Source: Camelus ferus (taxonomy: Eukaryota). Taken from it: 64,000 nucleotides of DNA. Below the pieces are notes generated by a model. It was not told the DNA's origin, did not search any database, and worked only from the letters and a program-made list of their open reading frames with translations. Both the position numbers and the translations under genes were made by a program. The stretch lies in contig NC_045696.1 of the NCBI RefSeq assembly GCF_009834535.1, positions 29,638,001-29,702,000 of the forward strand, given 5' to 3'. Every line of letters starts with the position of its first letter. Position 1 is the first letter of the stretch. This document shows positions 14,469 through 28,095 of the stretch, in pieces.

Positions 14469-14645
14469 TCACTTTTTGAGTGGTGATATTTAATTCTGTT
14501 AGATTAATTATACACGCTAAAGTTAAAAAGTGAACAAAATTATAAATTTTTTAAAGTATGTATATGTATTATATATAATATTTATATAAATTACATATGA
14601 CTAATCTTATACATAAGTAAATATCACCACTCAAAAAAAAAGTGA
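14469..14645. repeat. Inverted repeat: perfect 20-bp arms with a 125-bp AT-rich spacer
   Basis: TTTTTGAGTGGTGATATTTA (14473-14492) is the exact reverse complement of TAAATATCACCACTCAAAAA (14618-14637). Pairing extends outward through TCAC/GTGA. Confidence 0.92.
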
Positions 14646-16819
14646 TCCTCTAAACTGCTCTGTAAGTTATTAACCTAAAGATTCACAAAATGCCTAATTA
14701 ACCATATGTAAACCCAAGCAGCATCCAAAATAGACCTCTATATGTGATTTCTACATTTATAATACACATAGGACGTAATTCATTAGGCTCTGCTCCTTTT
14801 TTTCTGAAGTCCAAAACCCAAGAAAATTGAATCACTTTTAAATGAACCAATGTGTTTATTAGCTCTGTGGGGTGTAAGAAAACTTCAATTGCTACTCTAT
14901 GTCATGCTGATATAGGCATAAACTCTCAGGTTAAACTTCTCTCTTTGTAGTACAAGTTTCAATTTGGATTTTAAAAAGCTTGAGGCCATCAATTTTCACA
15001 TCTTTCCCCACTCCCATTTCAGAAATCTGAGACCCAATTTCAGGAAAATATTGGCAAGTTATATGGAAGTTTAACATGTTCAAGAATAAACCTGACTGTG
15101 ATTAAGGCAATTCCACATTAAAATAAAGAACATTTAAACCACTTACTATTAGCAGGTTTTCTGGCTTCTAATTTAATAGCCATTTAACTAAATCCAAACA
15201 AAGGAATAACTATTTTTTCTTAACTATTATACTGATCAGACTCAAAAACTCTCAAATTTGAAACAAAATCATTAAAATATTTCTGTCACGTTTAATCATC
15301 TCCTAACAGAGACTGCAAAAGAGCCGGCTCATTCCAAAACACTCCCCCCGCCACTGGAGGACTAAGCCAATCACTGTACCACTTTTTGAACAGACTAAGC
15401 ACCCTCCGTCATCTCTTGACAACTGGCCATCTATCCACTATGCAAACCCTTTAAATCTATGCTCCGGAGACAGAATTATCTGCTTTCTCTGTGACTGCCC
15501 CTGGCTCTACTAAGCACAGGGAGGAGATCTCTTCTAGTATGGAAACTGCTGTCCTAGTTAAGACTATGTGGAGTCAAGCTCTCTGACACCAGGTAGACAC
15601 TCAATAACAACCAAGGTCACATCTACATCCCTTCAGTGTCTACTTTCTCCCTAAATTCCTCTTATTAAGGTTCCCAAAGAAATGAATAAACTAGATCTCA
15701 GATGTAGCACTATCAGTAAAGTAAGACAATAAGAGCTAATACAGAAATAGCAACCAAAAAGGCATCAAGTGGACATTCCTCCAGCTTTAGTACTGGATCA
15801 GGCACACAGCAGAAAGTCAACAGTGTGCATTAAACAAATCGTTACCAGAACTACTCCTTATTTTATAGTTACATGTAATATGCATTTTTCAACCACAATA
15901 GTGATATGGTTCATCATAAACTATGTATTAAATATTTGCCAATAATTCATCATCTTTGTTATGATTACTACTCATCCTAACAGAATGAACATCCCACAAG
16001 AGTAGCATGATCATGAATCACATATTTAAATGATGATGACCTTATTTTAAAAAAAAAGTTAAATCATCTATGATTCTCTTATCTTCCTTCCTATACTAGA
16101 CATTACAATCATTGTTTATAAGCATCATTAAGTCCTACTCAAATAACTTAATTGATCACCTACCCCTAAGATTGTGCACTCAAAAGTCTGGTGGTTTTCC
16201 CTCAATACCTATTTCAGTATATTAAATATATGAGTTCTCTTTCAAGTCAGTCCACTTCTTTGAATTTTCCTGTCTCACAACTTCAAAGGTAAAGAATGTA
16301 TATACTGTTTTATTACTTATATATCTATTGTATTACACAGACACCTGTGTATACATGTGTGTATAGATGTGTGTGTGTACGTATATATATATATATAAAT
16401 GTTACACACACACATTCAACACTGTCTTATAGTTTAGATATAAAATTATCCCAAAAGTATAAATCAGCTTCTAGAGACATAAACTGAGTTTCAGATGTAA
16501 ATCATGGCAGTTACATGTAATTGTAGGGTATAAAACAGGGAAGCTATTGGTAAGCAGACCAGGAATAGAATGAATATGTGTAGAATACTTGCTGCTAAAC
16601 CTTTCAATTATTATTTACTAGATATGTGATTTTTGGCAGGTTATATAACTTGTTGAATTTCAATTTCCATATCTATAAAATACAGAAACAACTGTTAAGG
16701 AGCACTTCCCAGCACTGCAAAGAAAATCTGTAAATGGAACTCACTTTCCTTAAAGCTCACAGTCTCAGCCTTTCTCCAGCTCAGTGGCTACAGCACAGAG
16801 GACAAAATGCCTTGAATGC

Positions 16820-16990
16820 AATCCTGGTTCTGGCACAAGTTAGCAAGTGTGAGTTCCACAGTCTAAGACTCAGTTTGCTCACCTAGAAAATGAGCACAGT
16901 AACAGTATCTGCTTCCTGAGGCTACTGGGAAGATTCAGTCTGTACCAAGCACTTCCTGCACAGCCAAGTGTTCACTGCACTTGAGATATT
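16820..16990 (+). mobile_element. MIR SINE fragment
   Basis: AATCCTGGTTCTGGCAC...CTAAGACTCAGTTTGCTCACCTAGAAAATGAG. Confidence 0.65.
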
Positions 16991-19900
16991 ACATAGATAT
17001 AAAAACAAAAATCCTACATGGGTCAATTCCTTCCTTGAAAAAACCTCTCCTCTTTCTGCGTGTTATGATAGGACACTCTTCTCACTGTTCTAATGCTGCT
17101 TCTTCTCTCACACCTTCACCACCTCTTCATTCTCCTCATTAACCACCTCCCCCAAATGTGAGCTTTCCATGATTCTACCTTCAACTCTCTACTAATATTG
17201 CTCCAGTGACTTGTAAACAAAATACTAAATCATGTGGTGAAGAAATGAATCCAAATTCCATAAGAAAGGAATATCTTATCCTGGAAAAACTTAAAAGAGT
17301 AGGCTTTACCAAGTGCAGTCTATTTATTCCATAGAAAAACTGTGTCAAGTTTTCATTTTGGAACAATACCACCACCAATGAGCCAAGTAAGAGAGTCCAC
17401 ACCTTCAAAAAGTAACCTAGCATGGACATGTCTTAACAAATTGGACAACGATGTTCATATTTTCCATCTAAACTTTGGAAAATGCTGGACAAAAGCAAAA
17501 AATGAGATAGTGAAGAAATATTTATTGTGAATTTTCTAGATGTCAGGCACTGTGCTAAGAGCTCTCACAATGTCATCTGGTTTTACTTGCTATATAGCAG
17601 GTTCTTCCTACACGGCTGATGATGATGAGGGCTTGAAACAAAACAGTCCAGATGAGGATAATCCGTCTACTTGCAACCACTGGATTCCCATTTTCTGTAT
17701 GCCTACCATGACCATGTGTTCTTACTAATAAGCCTCTGAGAATGAATGAATCTCAATCTTCACTGAGAAAAGATTAACAACTCTATATATAATGTTGCAA
17801 TTACCCTCTGGGTAATGGTATATTAATAGGTGATTTCAGTTTGCGATTACCTAACCCTGTGGGGAGGAGGAAAAAAAGAGAATAACTATTGACCACGTCC
17901 TATAGAAACTTTTCCTTTAGAAAGGAAATGAAAGTTACAGTGAATAGACTTAAACTTTTTGACAGAGTTTATTTTTATTTAATATGTACAATTAATCTAA
18001 GATATGTTTGTGCTAGTCAGCATGACCCAACCATTAAAAACAAACAAACAAACAAAAAGTTGTAATTCCCAAGAAAGATGAAGCTATAAAGCACTTAAGG
18101 CAATATGACTACTCATCTGAGTAGGTCTTAGAAAGTAAGCCAGACTTAATAATCCATTAAAAAAAAAAAAAAGATCGGTGACAGGATTGATCCACAAGGA
18201 GCCACAGGCCTGATCACACTAGAGCTGCAACCACTGGTATCAATCCTGTCCTCCATCTCTACTCCTTTGGCTTTTCTAAGCAGGAGAACTGCCCTGGCCC
18301 AAAACACAGCCCAAATCTCGGCATTTGCTCAAAGCAAGGGACCCCCATATCCTGAAACTAGAAAATACAGTCCCAGGTCTGGAGGGAGTGGTCAAGATTA
18401 GTAGCTGACTACACATCTTTCTGTATTCAACTTTTTCTGGGCTGAGAGTGCAGTTAGACAGGACACAGAATAAGCCTGGAGCACCTTCATTTCCTCTAAC
18501 TAACCTAAAACCAATTCTGTAGTAGTAGAGTTTGCAAATTTGGCAAACATATGCACCTAATATACATTCTTATTTATATTTGCTTTTTTACTTTGACAGC
18601 TTCATTCTTCATATGCTTTAACTTCTAGAACAGTACTAGACATTGGGCAGTATTATAAATGAGAAACCAACCCATCAGGTGATAACACTAAAACAACTAG
18701 GAAATATAAATTTATAAGGACTGAAGACGAATGTCGATGAAGTTTTAGAAGAGTTCACGAGGCAGACCCCACTTTTGTTCTCAGGTTTTAGTCTGGTTTG
18801 ATAAGTTTGGTTACTTTCTCTATCAGAAGAAAAGTAAACCATACTTGGATCCAATACACTAAGTTATTAAATTCTTTCAGGAACTTTCTTTATATGTTCA
18901 CTGTACTAGTTCAATTAAAATGTACCTTTTTAGGACTAAATTTTATAAAGAATCCCTATTACAGGCAAGTCCTGAATACAAGTTAAATACAAACTATAAA
19001 TTTAATTTAAGATTTTAAACCTATTTCTAATTTAAAGAAAGGTTAAAGCAATCTACTTTTAATTAAATATATCTATGGCAACTTAATTCCAAATCTTAAG
19101 GTTCTGCAACCCAATTTCTCATGATAAGAATATTACTAAAACTCATCTGCATTGAATGACAATCTTCCATTCCTCTCGGCTCTCTGAATCCATTATGTCT
19201 CTCATGGGAATGAATGCTTTGCTATGACTGATGATGAATAAGATATATAGGACAAATGATGCACTTTTTCATTTAAAAGACTAAAAAGGAAATTCACTTT
19301 AGTCTCCTTTCTGCCTAGTTTCATTAAAATCTAAATACAGCTATTCTAAGAGATTTTTTCTAGCTCAGTTCAGTTTGACAAAAAACGCCTCATGTATCAT
19401 TTAAATCAATTACAGGTTCTTTGGAAATATACCTCAAAAGTTTCATTTTGACAATTTTTGGTTTAAAAATCAGCGCACAAAGTGTCATCGAAATAAATAA
19501 GCAATCAGAAAATCCTTAAAAGAAAAAGAGTATCATGAAAGAGGCTATTGTTTATAATTATTACTAAATTGTATTCTTCAAACAGAACTAAGGAACTATC
19601 TTTCTATAATTCTTTATTTCCTAAAATATCTTTATATTTTGCAAATGTATCTTTAATTTTTTTGCCTAAAAAATCATACAGCAATGGCCACAATACTTAG
19701 ACTAACACTGAAATTGCAATTTAATTTTATTACTAGATGAGCTTAGGCAATCACCACAAGTTAAGAGGAGACTATTCATTTCCCCTGCCAGCTGGTAAGG
19801 TCCTTGTCCCTCTATCATCACTGAACTTCCATGACTTAGCAAGTGTCTGGCACATAGAAAATGCGCAATAAATACTGCTACCTAAGGGGAGGGAAGCAGG

Positions 19901-20404
19901 AGGGATGAAGGAAAGGTTGTTGAATGTAAATTACAGATCTTCACATGCTCTTCTAACTTCAAGACTCTAGCAGATTTTTGAAATGAACCTACTTTTTAAA
20001 AATCACCATATACCCATGCACAACTGTATATTTAGTGAATTAGAATATTATTTGGGAAGCACTACACATTTTATTAGAGCAAGTGCCTTATTTTAAGATA
20101 ATATTGTGCTACTCTAGGGGGGTGGGTGGTTAGCGGGGGGGAGGGGGAATAAAAGAAAGAAAAACTTTGGTTTTATCTGCCCAGAATTAAGAGGTACTGG
20201 TAATCATACACACATTGTTTTATGGTATGTTAGAAACCTCTGATAAATTTCTATAAAGTTAATTGCCTGCTTTAATTGGATTAAGAAATAAAGTTCCATC
20301 TTCTTTTCCCTAAGAACCCAGACTCTTCTGTAAACCTAAAACTCTTCCACTTCCTAATATTAGTTACTAGCCTTGCTCAGGATTAGTAAGATCAAACATA
20401 TTAT

Positions 20405-20530
20405 CAAAGAAAAGAAGAAAGGGAGGAAGGGAAGAAACAAAAGAGGGAAAGGAGGGGGGTTAGAAAATAATGGGGAGAAAGGGAGTTAGGAAGGAAAGGA
20501 GGAAAGGAGGGAAGGAGAGAGGAAGGAAGC
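20405..20530. repeat. Polypurine (GA-rich) low-complexity tract
   Basis: Almost exclusively G and A over ~125 bp. Confidence 0.85.
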
Positions 20531-20829
20531 AGTGTTCTTCAGTAGAAGGAACATCAAGATCCCTGTTTAAAGTAAAGCAAAATTTGCTACAGTGTAGGAA
20601 AAGAATATGACAATATCTCTCACTGCTGAGTTTTCTAAAATTTTGAATAATGTAACTTAAATTCTATAGTACACAGCTCTTTACCATAAAAAGTCTCACA
20701 AATTCACAAAGTTGGTAAACCTCAATCTAACAAATTACTGAAAATACTTTAACAGAAGCAGGGCCACTGAGCTAAACCATTCCGGGGGTGCTTTAGAATA
20801 CTCAAAATACAATGTGCAGGGTGTCTTGG

Positions 20830-21365
20830 AGACTTGCATAACTCAGCAGGCCTAACAGAAGGGAAATACTATTCCAGTTATGAGAAGCCAGAGTGGAAAC
20901 CCCACTTATTTCAAATAGAGGGACTTAATACAGGTAATAGGAGAAATGCAGACCTGAAGAGAGGACAGGTAAGTAACCCAGGGATTAGCAAAAACAGGAA
21001 TCTGGTAATCCCCCTAAGGGAGAGGCAGTATTACGGAACCTAGAAGCCGAGGCCATCGAGCAGAAGCTGGAAACAAGGTAAGCCTTCCCGGCAGGAACTG
21101 AGCTCACAGAAAGAAAAGGAACAAGAACTGCAACATACCTGCTGCAGGAGACAAGGCCAGTCTCCCTTTGGACAGAGAGGTGGGCAAGGGAGTAAGGGAG
21201 AATTTCCGGGCTTCTCCCTTCTCCCACCTTCAAGTCCCCCCCATAGTGCCTCCAACTCAACCAGCTCAAAAGAAGCAGAGGCCATGGGAGCTTGGGGAAT
21301 GTGGTGCAGAGCAGAAAAGGGTGAGTGAAAGGATTTGAGGGCAAATAAACAAAGGACCAGCAAAG
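20830..21365. mobile_element. Probable ancient LTR relic (ERVL/MaLR class), family not identified
   Basis: GC-elevated, purine-rich block with LTR-like composition between AT-rich flanks; termini not resolved. Confidence 0.4.
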
Positions 21366-21420
21366 CCAGATATCTGAACTTGGTGAGAACATCAATAACC
21401 AAAGCCACCCAGGTAACTGA

Positions 21421-21935
21421 AAGCACATGTTTAAAATAATATCCTGTACACAAATGTTCACAGAAGCATTATTCAAAACAGCCAAAAACTAGAAACAACA
21501 CAAACGTCCATCTGCTCAGGAACAGATAAAAAAAAGAATTGACACAACAGAATACTATGCAGCCATAAAAAGGAATGAAGGACTGTTACATGCTACAAAA
21601 TGAATGACCCTTAAAAATAGCATAATAAGTGAAAGAAGCCATAAACAAAAGGCAGCAAACTGTATGATTTCATTTATAATGAAATGTCTAAAATAGGCAA
21701 ATCCATAGAGACAGAAAATAGATTAGTGGTTGCCAAAAAATAGAGGGTGAGAATTGGGACTAAATGCTAACAGGTATGAGGTTTCTGTTTGGAGTGATGG
21801 AAATGCTATGAAATTAGACAGTGTAATGGTTACATAACATAGTAAGTATACTAAAAACCACTTTGAAATGGTAAATGTTGTGTGATGTGAATTATATCTC
21901 AACTTTTAAAATGTTAAAATAAAAAATAAGAAAGA
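21421..21935 (+). mobile_element. Ancient L1 (L1MB-type) 3' end
   Basis: CAAATGTTCACAGAAGCATTATTCAAAACAGCCAAAAACTAGAAACAAC...ATAGGCAAATCCATAGAGACAGAAA...; similar to 9620-10100. Confidence 0.85.
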
Positions 21936-24900
21936 AAATATATAACTAAGAAGTAACAGTATATAATAAGTCTGCAAGATTTAGGTCAAAAGTCATTAGT
22001 CCCCATGGTTGCTGGACAGTGTCACTACACCATGATTATCATTACTGAAGGTCACGGATAACTTGCTGAGAAAATGTGGTATTATTTTCAGGTTCCTAAT
22101 ATCTAAATAACACATTTGAGGTACTTCTGCCACTGATCTACAAGCAAAACTAAAACAGACGGCTAAGTCATTTTTTCAGGAACCTATCACAAGAGGTGGA
22201 TCTCTGACAGTCAAAATTAAAATGAATACCGTCACAGTTTCACTGAAGCCATTCCAAAGCTACAAAGAAGCAAAATTTTCTTTCTTCAAAATCTATTCAA
22301 GCTTAAATACACTTCCATTTTTTTTTTAATGACAAAATAGACAGGGATTGAAAATGTGAAGAATACAAGGTAATAATAGGGAAAAGAGGGAAAGGATGTG
22401 AGGAGAGAGCCACAGATTAAAAGCTTGACAATAAAACAGACAACGCTTCAAGGCTAATAAGTGAATTCCAGTTTAACTGCTTTGGACAACTACCTGGATT
22501 AGCAAAACAAACAGCGTATAAATCTTTTAGAGATTTAACTATATTTTGGTAAATCCTCTAAAATGCAAAATGATATTCAGTTATGTTATCTGTGGCATAA
22601 GAAAATCACAACAAATTAAATTGGAGTTGCCTTAAACGTCTGTCTTAAGTGACAGCTTCTTGGAGTAATACAATTTGAACTTAAAATGAATAGTTTAGTT
22701 GTGATCAAGATACAGAGAATGTTGATATATGTTATAATCAGTCACACTTGGGGCTTGATGTGACTACAATAAAATAAAACAACACTTGTCCAAGAAAAAC
22801 TCTAACTTAATAAGAGAATAATATGAATAATGTACCTTCTTTGTATAAGTAAATAGTGATCTTAATAAAGTCATTTTAATGTATAAAATTATGAAAATTT
22901 CAAAAGACAAGCACTGAAGAACAACCATAAATAAAATAATTGTAGAGACATTAACTACAAGTGAAATACCAAAGCTGAAACCTAATAAAAAAGTGTTATA
23001 TATTATCCAAATAGCATAATTTTTAACAGAGTATTTATGAAAAAGTAACATGAGGCTAGAAAATTATTATTTATGTCACACAGCTCAAAATCTGCCTTCT
23101 GGCAGTAAAGTCTCTAACAGCACCCCCTAAAAGCCCAGGAAGTAAAGATGCTAACCCTATAAAAATAATCCCATTAGGCATTATAACAAAGCTCTCTGAT
23201 CCAGCACAATTGGGGGCCAGAAGTTGGTACATATATTGAAAAGACTGATTAAAGCAAAGACTGATTATATATATATACACATATATAGTAAAAATGTTGT
23301 TTTAACTCAAAACACAAATACAAACATTCACCCACCTTCTAATATTATATTACCATCATTTCTTTAAATTTAGGTCCTCTGATTAGGATTTTGTATCATC
23401 TTTCTTATATGAACCTATACCTACAAGGCAACATTTCTAATTTCTAATTTTCTTTGGATTAAAATAGAATGAAAGCTAAAAAGTGCATGCAAGATAATCT
23501 GCATATGGAATCCTTAGCTTCATATCATTTGTTGCAGTTCATTTATGCATGCTTAATTCAAAATAACTTTTTCCAACTTGTCCTTATTGAGATCTTCCCA
23601 ATACTTAATAATTTTCTTTGTGTCTCACTCATAGTTCATCACTTCATATAATATTAAATTACAGAATTATAACGAGAAGAATTGTCATTCACAGGATTGG
23701 AGGAAGATGGGAAACGGCTCACTAAAAGCAAACCACGTAACTCGCAGGAGCAGAACTGCACACGTGTAGTAGACCAAAGTCCACTACCCCTGTGTACTCA
23801 GTGTTCTGTGGGAAGCAGTCAGTACCATTTCCCGTGAGCCTGCCAAGCAGAAGTAAATTCAGTAAATCTGATAAGTAGACAATGGTCAAGTAAGCCTCCA
23901 CCGTACATCTACTCCATTGAAAGTGAGCAATTCATTCGGTGAAAACAGATAAAAGGGGTGAAAGAATCACCATCAGGTTGGAAAGTTAAAGTTCTGACAA
24001 CTTTCTAAATGTCTATTAGCTGGTTAGTTATTTCAAGCTCACATACATCACAGAGGCCATTTCTCAGCACTGGTGCTGGTTTGGTTAACGGCCCTAAAGC
24101 CTTCTACATCTACCTTGTAGTTTGCCACCACTTTACCAAAACAAAGAGTATCCAAGTTCCCCAGATCACCGTGAAAATTCACTTTCCAGAAACCTCACGA
24201 TCTCCAATAAGCCAAACTGAAGGCAGCCACAGAACAAAAATGCATTTACAGAGGGCCCATGGGGAGTTGAAAATATCTACATTGCAAAAGACTCCTTGAA
24301 GTTCCATTTGAATCCAAATGTCAGTAGACATTCCAAAGAAACCTTCTCAACAATCTAAGCTAGAAGCACTATCCTACCTGATACCAACTCCCCCACTCCT
24401 GCAAAAAAGACTATGTCTAGAACATCAGAAACTCTGAAAAGTTTACACTTTTTATTATGAAGATGTGTCACTTGCCACGGAGGGTCATTTATATTATTAG
24501 AATTCCCAATTTTGCATGAGCTTCCATAAAGTAAAATTCTGCTTCCAGCTTCATTGACTTGAAGCCAAATTCTTTGGTTAACGAAATAGAAGTACAAGTC
24601 ACATTTGTCACTTCTAAGCTGAAGCTTTTAGAGCCATGACAGGTTTCCTCCATTGTTCTTTTTCTGTCACGAGATAGGCATGTCCCACACAGGGGCTGCA
24701 CTATCACCCTTGATTCTAGAAAGAATTTGACACCTAGGACAGAGCCACAGCTGATAATTGCAGCCAACATAAACAAAAACTAGTCTTCATAGTTGCAAGT
24801 CATTAAAATGGAGTTTCTTGTAACATGCCATACCACAGTGAATGCAAACACAACCACCATAGATTCAGTTGAAGGAAGAGAATATAAAGGAGGTTGACAT

Positions 24901-24966
24901 CAGAACGATACCTTCCACCCATAAAGGACTTCTAAACCAATAAATAATGATCACTGATTTTCAGAC

Positions 24967-25349
24967 CAGTGTCTTCTCAAATTGTCTACGGTGATGGACC
25001 AGTTGCCTTTTCTTTTTCAGTCTTCCAATCTAGTACAGAGACTAATGCTTACATAAAATATAAAAAATGAATTATTAGAAAATTGAAAGAAAAAATATTT
25101 TCAAAGTTTAAGCCCTGGTATTTTTATTATCATTATGGGATTCAAAAGAAATAAAATTAATCTATTTTCAAAGTTTAAGCCCTGATATTTTTATTATCAT
25201 TATGGGATTCAAAAGAAATAAAATTAATCTGTCAAACTGCTATCAAAGTTTCTAAATGCTTACTCCTAACTTCTGACAATATACTATTGCAAACCAATCA
25301 CAGAGCACTGAATCACATGGTTCTATAGAGCACACTTTGAGGAGCACTG
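24967..25349. mobile_element. hAT-Charlie-type DNA transposon relic containing a 67-bp tandem duplication
   Basis: Termini CAGTGTCTTCTCAAA / TTTGAGGAGCACTG. The interior is reverse-complement homologous to 58500-58820. Confidence 0.7.
25096..25230. repeat. Tandem duplication, 2 x 67 bp, one mismatch
   Basis: TATTTTCAAAGTTTAAGCCCTG(G/A)TATTTTTATTATCATTATGGGATTCAAAAGAAATAAAATTAATC occurs at 25096 and 25163. Confidence 0.97.
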
Positions 25350-27925
25350 TTTCAGAGCATGTGGAATTAAGTAATATAAAGGCTTTCGTGATGATGTAAA
25401 TTTCTTGGCAACTGTATAACTGAAACCTAAGTTGTAGATAAATTTTGTCCAGAAAAACAGGTAAAAATATTCCTTAATATCTTTCCCACTCTGCAAAAAT
25501 ATCTGTGGTTTCTTTTTTCTGTAGGCATAAAAATCAGGGTGTTTTTCCTTTTTTTTTAGTCTATCAATGATAGACATTTAGGTTATTTGAAAAATACCTA
25601 GCTCCCAGACTTAGTAATTTTAAATGAAATGTTTTCAGTTATAGCGAATAGGAACCCAATTATTTTATATTGACATATGTAGTTTACTGCCTTTCTCTCT
25701 ACTTAATATTATCTAGCTACTAGAAAGCAACTAGTTTCCTCCAATTATTTAGAAAGCTGCAATAAACATGATTTAGTTGCAAAACTCCAAGTATATTTCA
25801 CATCACATTTAATTTTCTAAAGAATAAAACTTTCCTTTTTTAAAGATGATTCAAAGTTTTAAAAATTCATCTAAAGAGTTTAAAGTAGTTTCTAAGTGGC
25901 CCAGAAATACTTTTTGGGTGGTAAGATTCCAATCTTGATGAATGTCATTATATATCCACTGTCCTGGGTTGCTGCAGCAGCTGCTAGCTGCTTAAAAAGC
26001 TAGTTTAAAAAAAAAAAAATGACTGAAAGGAAAAGAAATGCTTGTTTCATTTTCTTTCAAGTGAAGAAAAATATGTGTAATATATTTAAAGTGAAGGTGC
26101 TTTCCAAGTTTTAAATATGTGGATGGTAAAAGCCAGATCCACCTCCTTTGGGCTAAACAGAGACCAAATCATTTGACTTTTCCAAGGCTCACCTCTTTTT
26201 GAAATTAATAGTAATTTTTTAATTGAAAAAAAAAAAGATTTTTGCAAATTGGAGTATTTTTTTAATCTTGCCAATTAACATTTCTACAGCACTGAGTGAT
26301 GTACAAAATGTTTTCACATTTGCAATCTAGTTAGTATCTAGAGCAACCCAGCTAGGCAGGTAAGAGGAATAGCGTCACCTTTCTCCCCACCAAGTCAGGT
26401 GAAGAACAGAGTTTAGAGAGCTCCACCAGGTTTCAAACTCTAAATCCCATCCTTTTTTCTTTTTTTCTACACACCAATTCATGGCAACGTCTTTCTTAAA
26501 AATAATACATATTTGACAACAATAAGCATTTGTACCTAAAATATTTTCAGGTCAGTTGGCAAAAAAAAAAAAGAAAACAAAACACTAGAACATACCATAC
26601 CATACAGCAGTATTATGAGTAAACTTTGAGAAAAAGCATAGTGCAATTTCTAAACTAATTAGAAGAGAGAGATACCCCAATATGCTAACATATTTTGATT
26701 ACTGGCGTAATTTTCTATAATACAGAATTACAGTCTGGACAGTCTTTAATTTTAATTTCTTCTGAAAAATTATCAGAAATAAATGGCTAATCATTTAGAT
26801 AAAAACTGAATTAAGAACATTTCCTTTCCTATTTTCCTGTTACTGTAAATATAAGTAACAGTCAAGTTATTCCTTAACAGAAATAAGATTTTTGTTGTTG
26901 GTTTTTGAAGATACATTTTATATTATCTTTCGAGGTGGAGGGAAGAATCAGACACAAAAGCAATGTTTTAAATTATATGTATACACTTTCATGATAAAGA
27001 TAAAAGTAAAATCATGTTACTTTTTAAATCACTGCTAATAGGTAAAGAAGCAATAGGATTTTGGGGTGATAGTTCCAGTACATATACAGCACTTATACAT
27101 ATGGTAATGATACTTCCTTTCCTTTCCTTGTATTAGAATATTTTGCCAAGGTGTATTTTTCTAGCTATTCTACTTTCAAAACTGAGTGTTCTTCCTTGTC
27201 ACTATTACAGTAATTTATCTATACTTATAGAATAAAACGGAACAGACTGTATTATAGTTATTTACATACAGGTCTTCCTTCCACTAGACTGTCAGCTGGA
27301 AGCCTGACTTCTAGAACCACTACTCTTTCCAGAGAGCTAACAACAGGAAATAACCTTCGCAGCCTCCAGTGAAATTAACAGTGTAGATAACAAGGCTAGG
27401 AAGATTATTTCCCATTGTGCTATTAAAAAGGAAAAGGAAAAAAAAAAAAAAAAAAAAGGAATTGACTGATGAAGAAGTTTACCCTCTAGATGAGATGTCT
27501 ACTTTTACTGAAGTCTCAAAAAGGATATTGGAGGATCCAAGAACTACAAAGCCAGTTAACCAGGAGCAAATGCTAGTGGAGATTTAACCTAAACCAGTAT
27601 TTTTACCTAGATCACTCTTAAATAGAGTTTGCTAACAAAGTTGAATAAATTTGAAGTACTCTGCCTAGCATTATTTTTCTCATAAACTGTAACTTCTGGT
27701 ATATGATTTTACAGAACATACAGTTTTTAAGAAATACAATATCAAATTATAGCAGAAACACTTTTACCATATGAAGGTAAAGACTTAAATTCTATGACAT
27801 CTGATAAGTAGGGTATCTGTAATCAATCATCTTCATAAAGTTAAATATACAGCATATAACAAGATTATGCTTTAAGTAAATAAACAAAATACTACAATTG
27901 TCTATAATGCTTCTAAAATACTCAC

Positions 27926-28095
27926 TGAAATCTCCAGTAAGAAAAACTCCTTCTGCTCCAGGGGCCCATTCCTTGCAATATACACCACCATCAGCACATC
28001 TGTGGACGCCAAATGATTCATAACCTCTGGAAAACTTATCAATACCACCTTCATTCTCTCCAATGTTGTTCAAAGTCTGGTTAAAACGCTTATAC
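27926..28095 (-). CDS. GBE1: Internal coding exon (exon 2 by human numbering, 170 bp) of 1,4-alpha-glucan branching enzyme
   Basis: Minus strand reads G + [56 protein letters not shown] + A, which I recognise as the GBE1 N-terminal/CBM48 region (EWAPGA...GDF motif). It is bounded by a polypyrimidine tract and ttttccaaag| acceptor, and by a |gtgagt donor. The ORF-track entry 27792..28073 is this exon reading on into the intron. Confidence 0.96.

Noticed and set aside
20985..21485. 166-aa and 137-aa overlapping minus-strand ORFs
   Set aside because: They span the junction of an old L1 fragment and a probable LTR relic, with no protein-like motifs.
1..27900. Search for the next GBE1 exon ([20 protein letters not shown]-like)
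   Set aside because: No matching sequence seen by eye; it presumably lies left of the window.
27792..27925. C-terminal part of the 93-aa ORF ([10 protein letters not shown]...)
   Set aside because: Read-through past the GTGAGT donor into intron 2; not GBE1 coding.
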